DNA of 64,000 nt from Candidatus Zixiibacteriota bacterium (GTDB lineage: Bacteria; Zixibacteria; MSB-5A5; UBA10806; 4484-95), in the NCBI GenBank assembly GCA_037441845.1, contig JBBIRK010000004.1, positions 261,678 to 325,677 on the forward strand, read 5' to 3'. The notes beneath the pieces are model-generated. The model did no database searches. It worked only from the letters and a program-made list of their open reading frames with translations, and was not told the DNA's origin. Of this stretch, positions 61,754-64,000 are shown piece after piece (position 1 is the first letter of the stretch; each line of letters opens with the position of its first letter). Position numbers and translations under genes: made by a program.

Positions 61754-61770
61754 ATGATTGATCCTTTGGT

Positions 61771-63123
61771 TTACTTCAGCCTCTCCATCCTCATGCTTTT
61801 GCCGAGCTCCCCCGCCTGCAGCCGCGCGAAATAGATGCCCGATGGGAACCCGTCGGCATTCCAGGTTACGCAATACTCCCCGGCGGACTGCTCGCCTTGA
61901 TATAAGTTCATCAGCTTCCGCCCCAACAAGTCATAAATATCAAGTGATATCATCGAACGCTGCGATATTTCGTAACGGATAACCGTAAATGCATTGAAAG
62001 GATTGGGAAAGGATGACAACAGTTCAAAAACATGGGGGAGACATTCAGGTGATCCGGCGATTCCAACCAACTTTCGGTCAAAGGGAATCGCACACATGTC
62101 GGCGCGGCTCTGTCGGGATCGAGGGGGAAAGTGGGATCGCCCGTATCGATACAGGGCGATTTGGTGGAATCCGCAATCGGGTAGTTCGTCCAGGTCAGCC
62201 GAAAATAGCCATTGGCCGGATCGGCAAACAACGGGTCAGCGTAATATTGCCGATACCGGGGAGGATTGTATCCCTCACGTCATCGTAATTGGCTGTGTCA
62301 GGATAATTGCCGGAAATATCGAATAGGCACCACGGGCTTGGGGTTGGATTGATCGCCCAGATTATATTATTGACAAAATGAAAAATACAATGCACGTGCT
62401 CGTCCCACAACGCGAAAAGAAAAGAGTGCGCCGTATTATCATAAGAAACATTGTTGTATGCATTCGTACTGCCGTCCTCAGCAGTTATGATATTAATAAA
62501 TGTACATCCAGCAATGCCGGCAATTCCTTCATATATAATATGAATCAATTTAGCCGTCGTGCCGTTATCAATGAAAAGACTGGTATCGATATCGACTGAA
62601 GGGCTGATCATCGCGCTTATCACGAATCCCGTCATTAATCGGATATTTCTGAAAGGGCAATGAGCCATTTTCAGTGAGGCGTAATCTGCTTTGATTCCTC
62701 CTCCGGAATAATAGCTACCCAGGCTTCTGGCCAATTCAATTGCGGCATAACGAAATCGTGTTTGAGGTGTGGATTTCCTCAATTCGATCCCCCCCAGCCG
62801 GTTGTCGTATCTGCCGCAGTGAATAAAATCGAATCGGAAACGCTTCCTGCGACAATCGACGATTCCGGGGAATCGACCCTTAGCCCATAATGCCCTTGAA
62901 ACACAACCCTACATCCAGCCTCGATAGTTAGACTCGATTCAGACGGCACTCGCAGATTCCCGACCACATTATACGGATTATTCGCCGGACTCCAGATGCC
63001 CTAAACGTCGCCGGAGACTTCAACGGCGTAAGCATCGAAACTGGGACAAAAGCCACTAAATACGACTATAATAACGATTGAAAAAAATAATCTAAATCTG
63101 ATAGGCATCGTGCCAGGATACAT
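61771..63123 (-). pseudogene. disrupted secreted beta-helix-like protein with T9SS-like/FlgD CTD
   Basis: SD plus ATG at 63123 and a signal peptide. In-frame TAG at 63001-63003. Frameshifts near 62790 (G7 run), 62240 and 62110. CTD FPNPFN...SGIYF. Confidence 0.8.
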
Positions 63124-63348
63124 GTTCCCCTCCTCAGGATAAATGGTTGAACTTTAGCGCTGTCAGGTGCTGAATGTCACTAGCGGGGTCTTCTCAGATA
63201 AACAAAAATGCGCGCCATATATAAAATGCCACACGATCCCTTGTTGTTAATGAATTTTTCAAATCGACGACAGACTCGACCGGAATCGTCAAGTAATCGG
63301 GGTAAATCCCGATAATAGAAATGGGATAAAACGATCTTTCGTTTTTCC

Positions 63349-63540
63349 TTGACATTGGCCTGACATACGGCTAATAATTGGCTGTAATCGGTTGCGGGGC
63401 AAAAGATGGGGTTTGGAAAAAATTTGTAAAAACTGAAACTTTTGCCTTGACAATCGATAAGGAATTGATAAATTAAAGTTCTGCCGTCGAAAAGTGCGGC
63501 ATGGATTGAGAAGTCCGCAAAGGGCGCAGCTCTTTGAAAA
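63349..63540 (+). promoter_or_regulatory. rRNA tandem promoters and boxA
   Basis: TTGACA at 63349 with TAATAAT; TTGACA at 63447 with N16-TAAATT; small hairpin, then boxA GCTCTTTGAAAA at 63529-63540. Confidence 0.8.
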
Positions 63541-63657
63541 CCGAATAGCATGCACAAGAGCCAATTGTGATGTGGTCTGTAATCAATATTTTGAGTGCAG
63601 ATCTTTGCGAGTAGTCGAACAACGTATCTTAACGGATGCGTGTTCATAGAGCCAATA

Positions 63658-64000
<343 letters not shown>

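Noticed and set aside
63001..63003. In-frame TAG as pyrrolysine or stop-codon recoding
   Set aside because: The same gene has three frameshifts, and TAG terminates ordinary genes here (atpG, atpD, atpC, infB).

Overview
This looks like a chromosomal window from a bacterium, probably candidate phylum Zixibacteria or another FCB-affiliated lineage. That placement is an inference from dockerin-tailed and T9SS-like-CTD-tailed secreted proteins and gene content; I did not classify the partial 16S. In order, the window holds: the end of the atp operon (atpG partial, atpD, atpC); an orphan promoter-terminator unit (candidate sRNA); tRNA-Leu(CAA); an ~11.5 kb surface-glycan locus (flippase, Wzz-like protein, AsnB-type amidotransferase, three GT4s, O-antigen ligase/polymerase-like protein, radical SAM); a split two-gene MetE; acyl-CoA and branched-chain amino-acid catabolism genes (three ACADs, hbd, thiolase, ilvE, split methylmalonyl-CoA mutase, epimerase); DinB with an unannotated 24-aa peptide; glyA/rpiB; tRNA-Thr; tldD/tldE; two large secreted peptidases (C25 gingipain-like, M14) that both end in dockerin-like domains; tRNA-Leu(CAG); a CTD-bearing secreted protein; an orphan sigma54 regulator; the rimP-nusA-infB-rbfA-truB-ribF-rpsO-pnp operon; tRNA-Arg(CCT); two decayed genes; and the start of a 16S rRNA gene. 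I saw no CRISPR array, integrase, transposase or reverse transcriptase. The strongest candidate for an undescribed system is a dockerin-assembled, probably O-glycosylated extracellular peptidase complex feeding amino-acid catabolism. All protein family calls come from motif recognition by eye, with no database searches.
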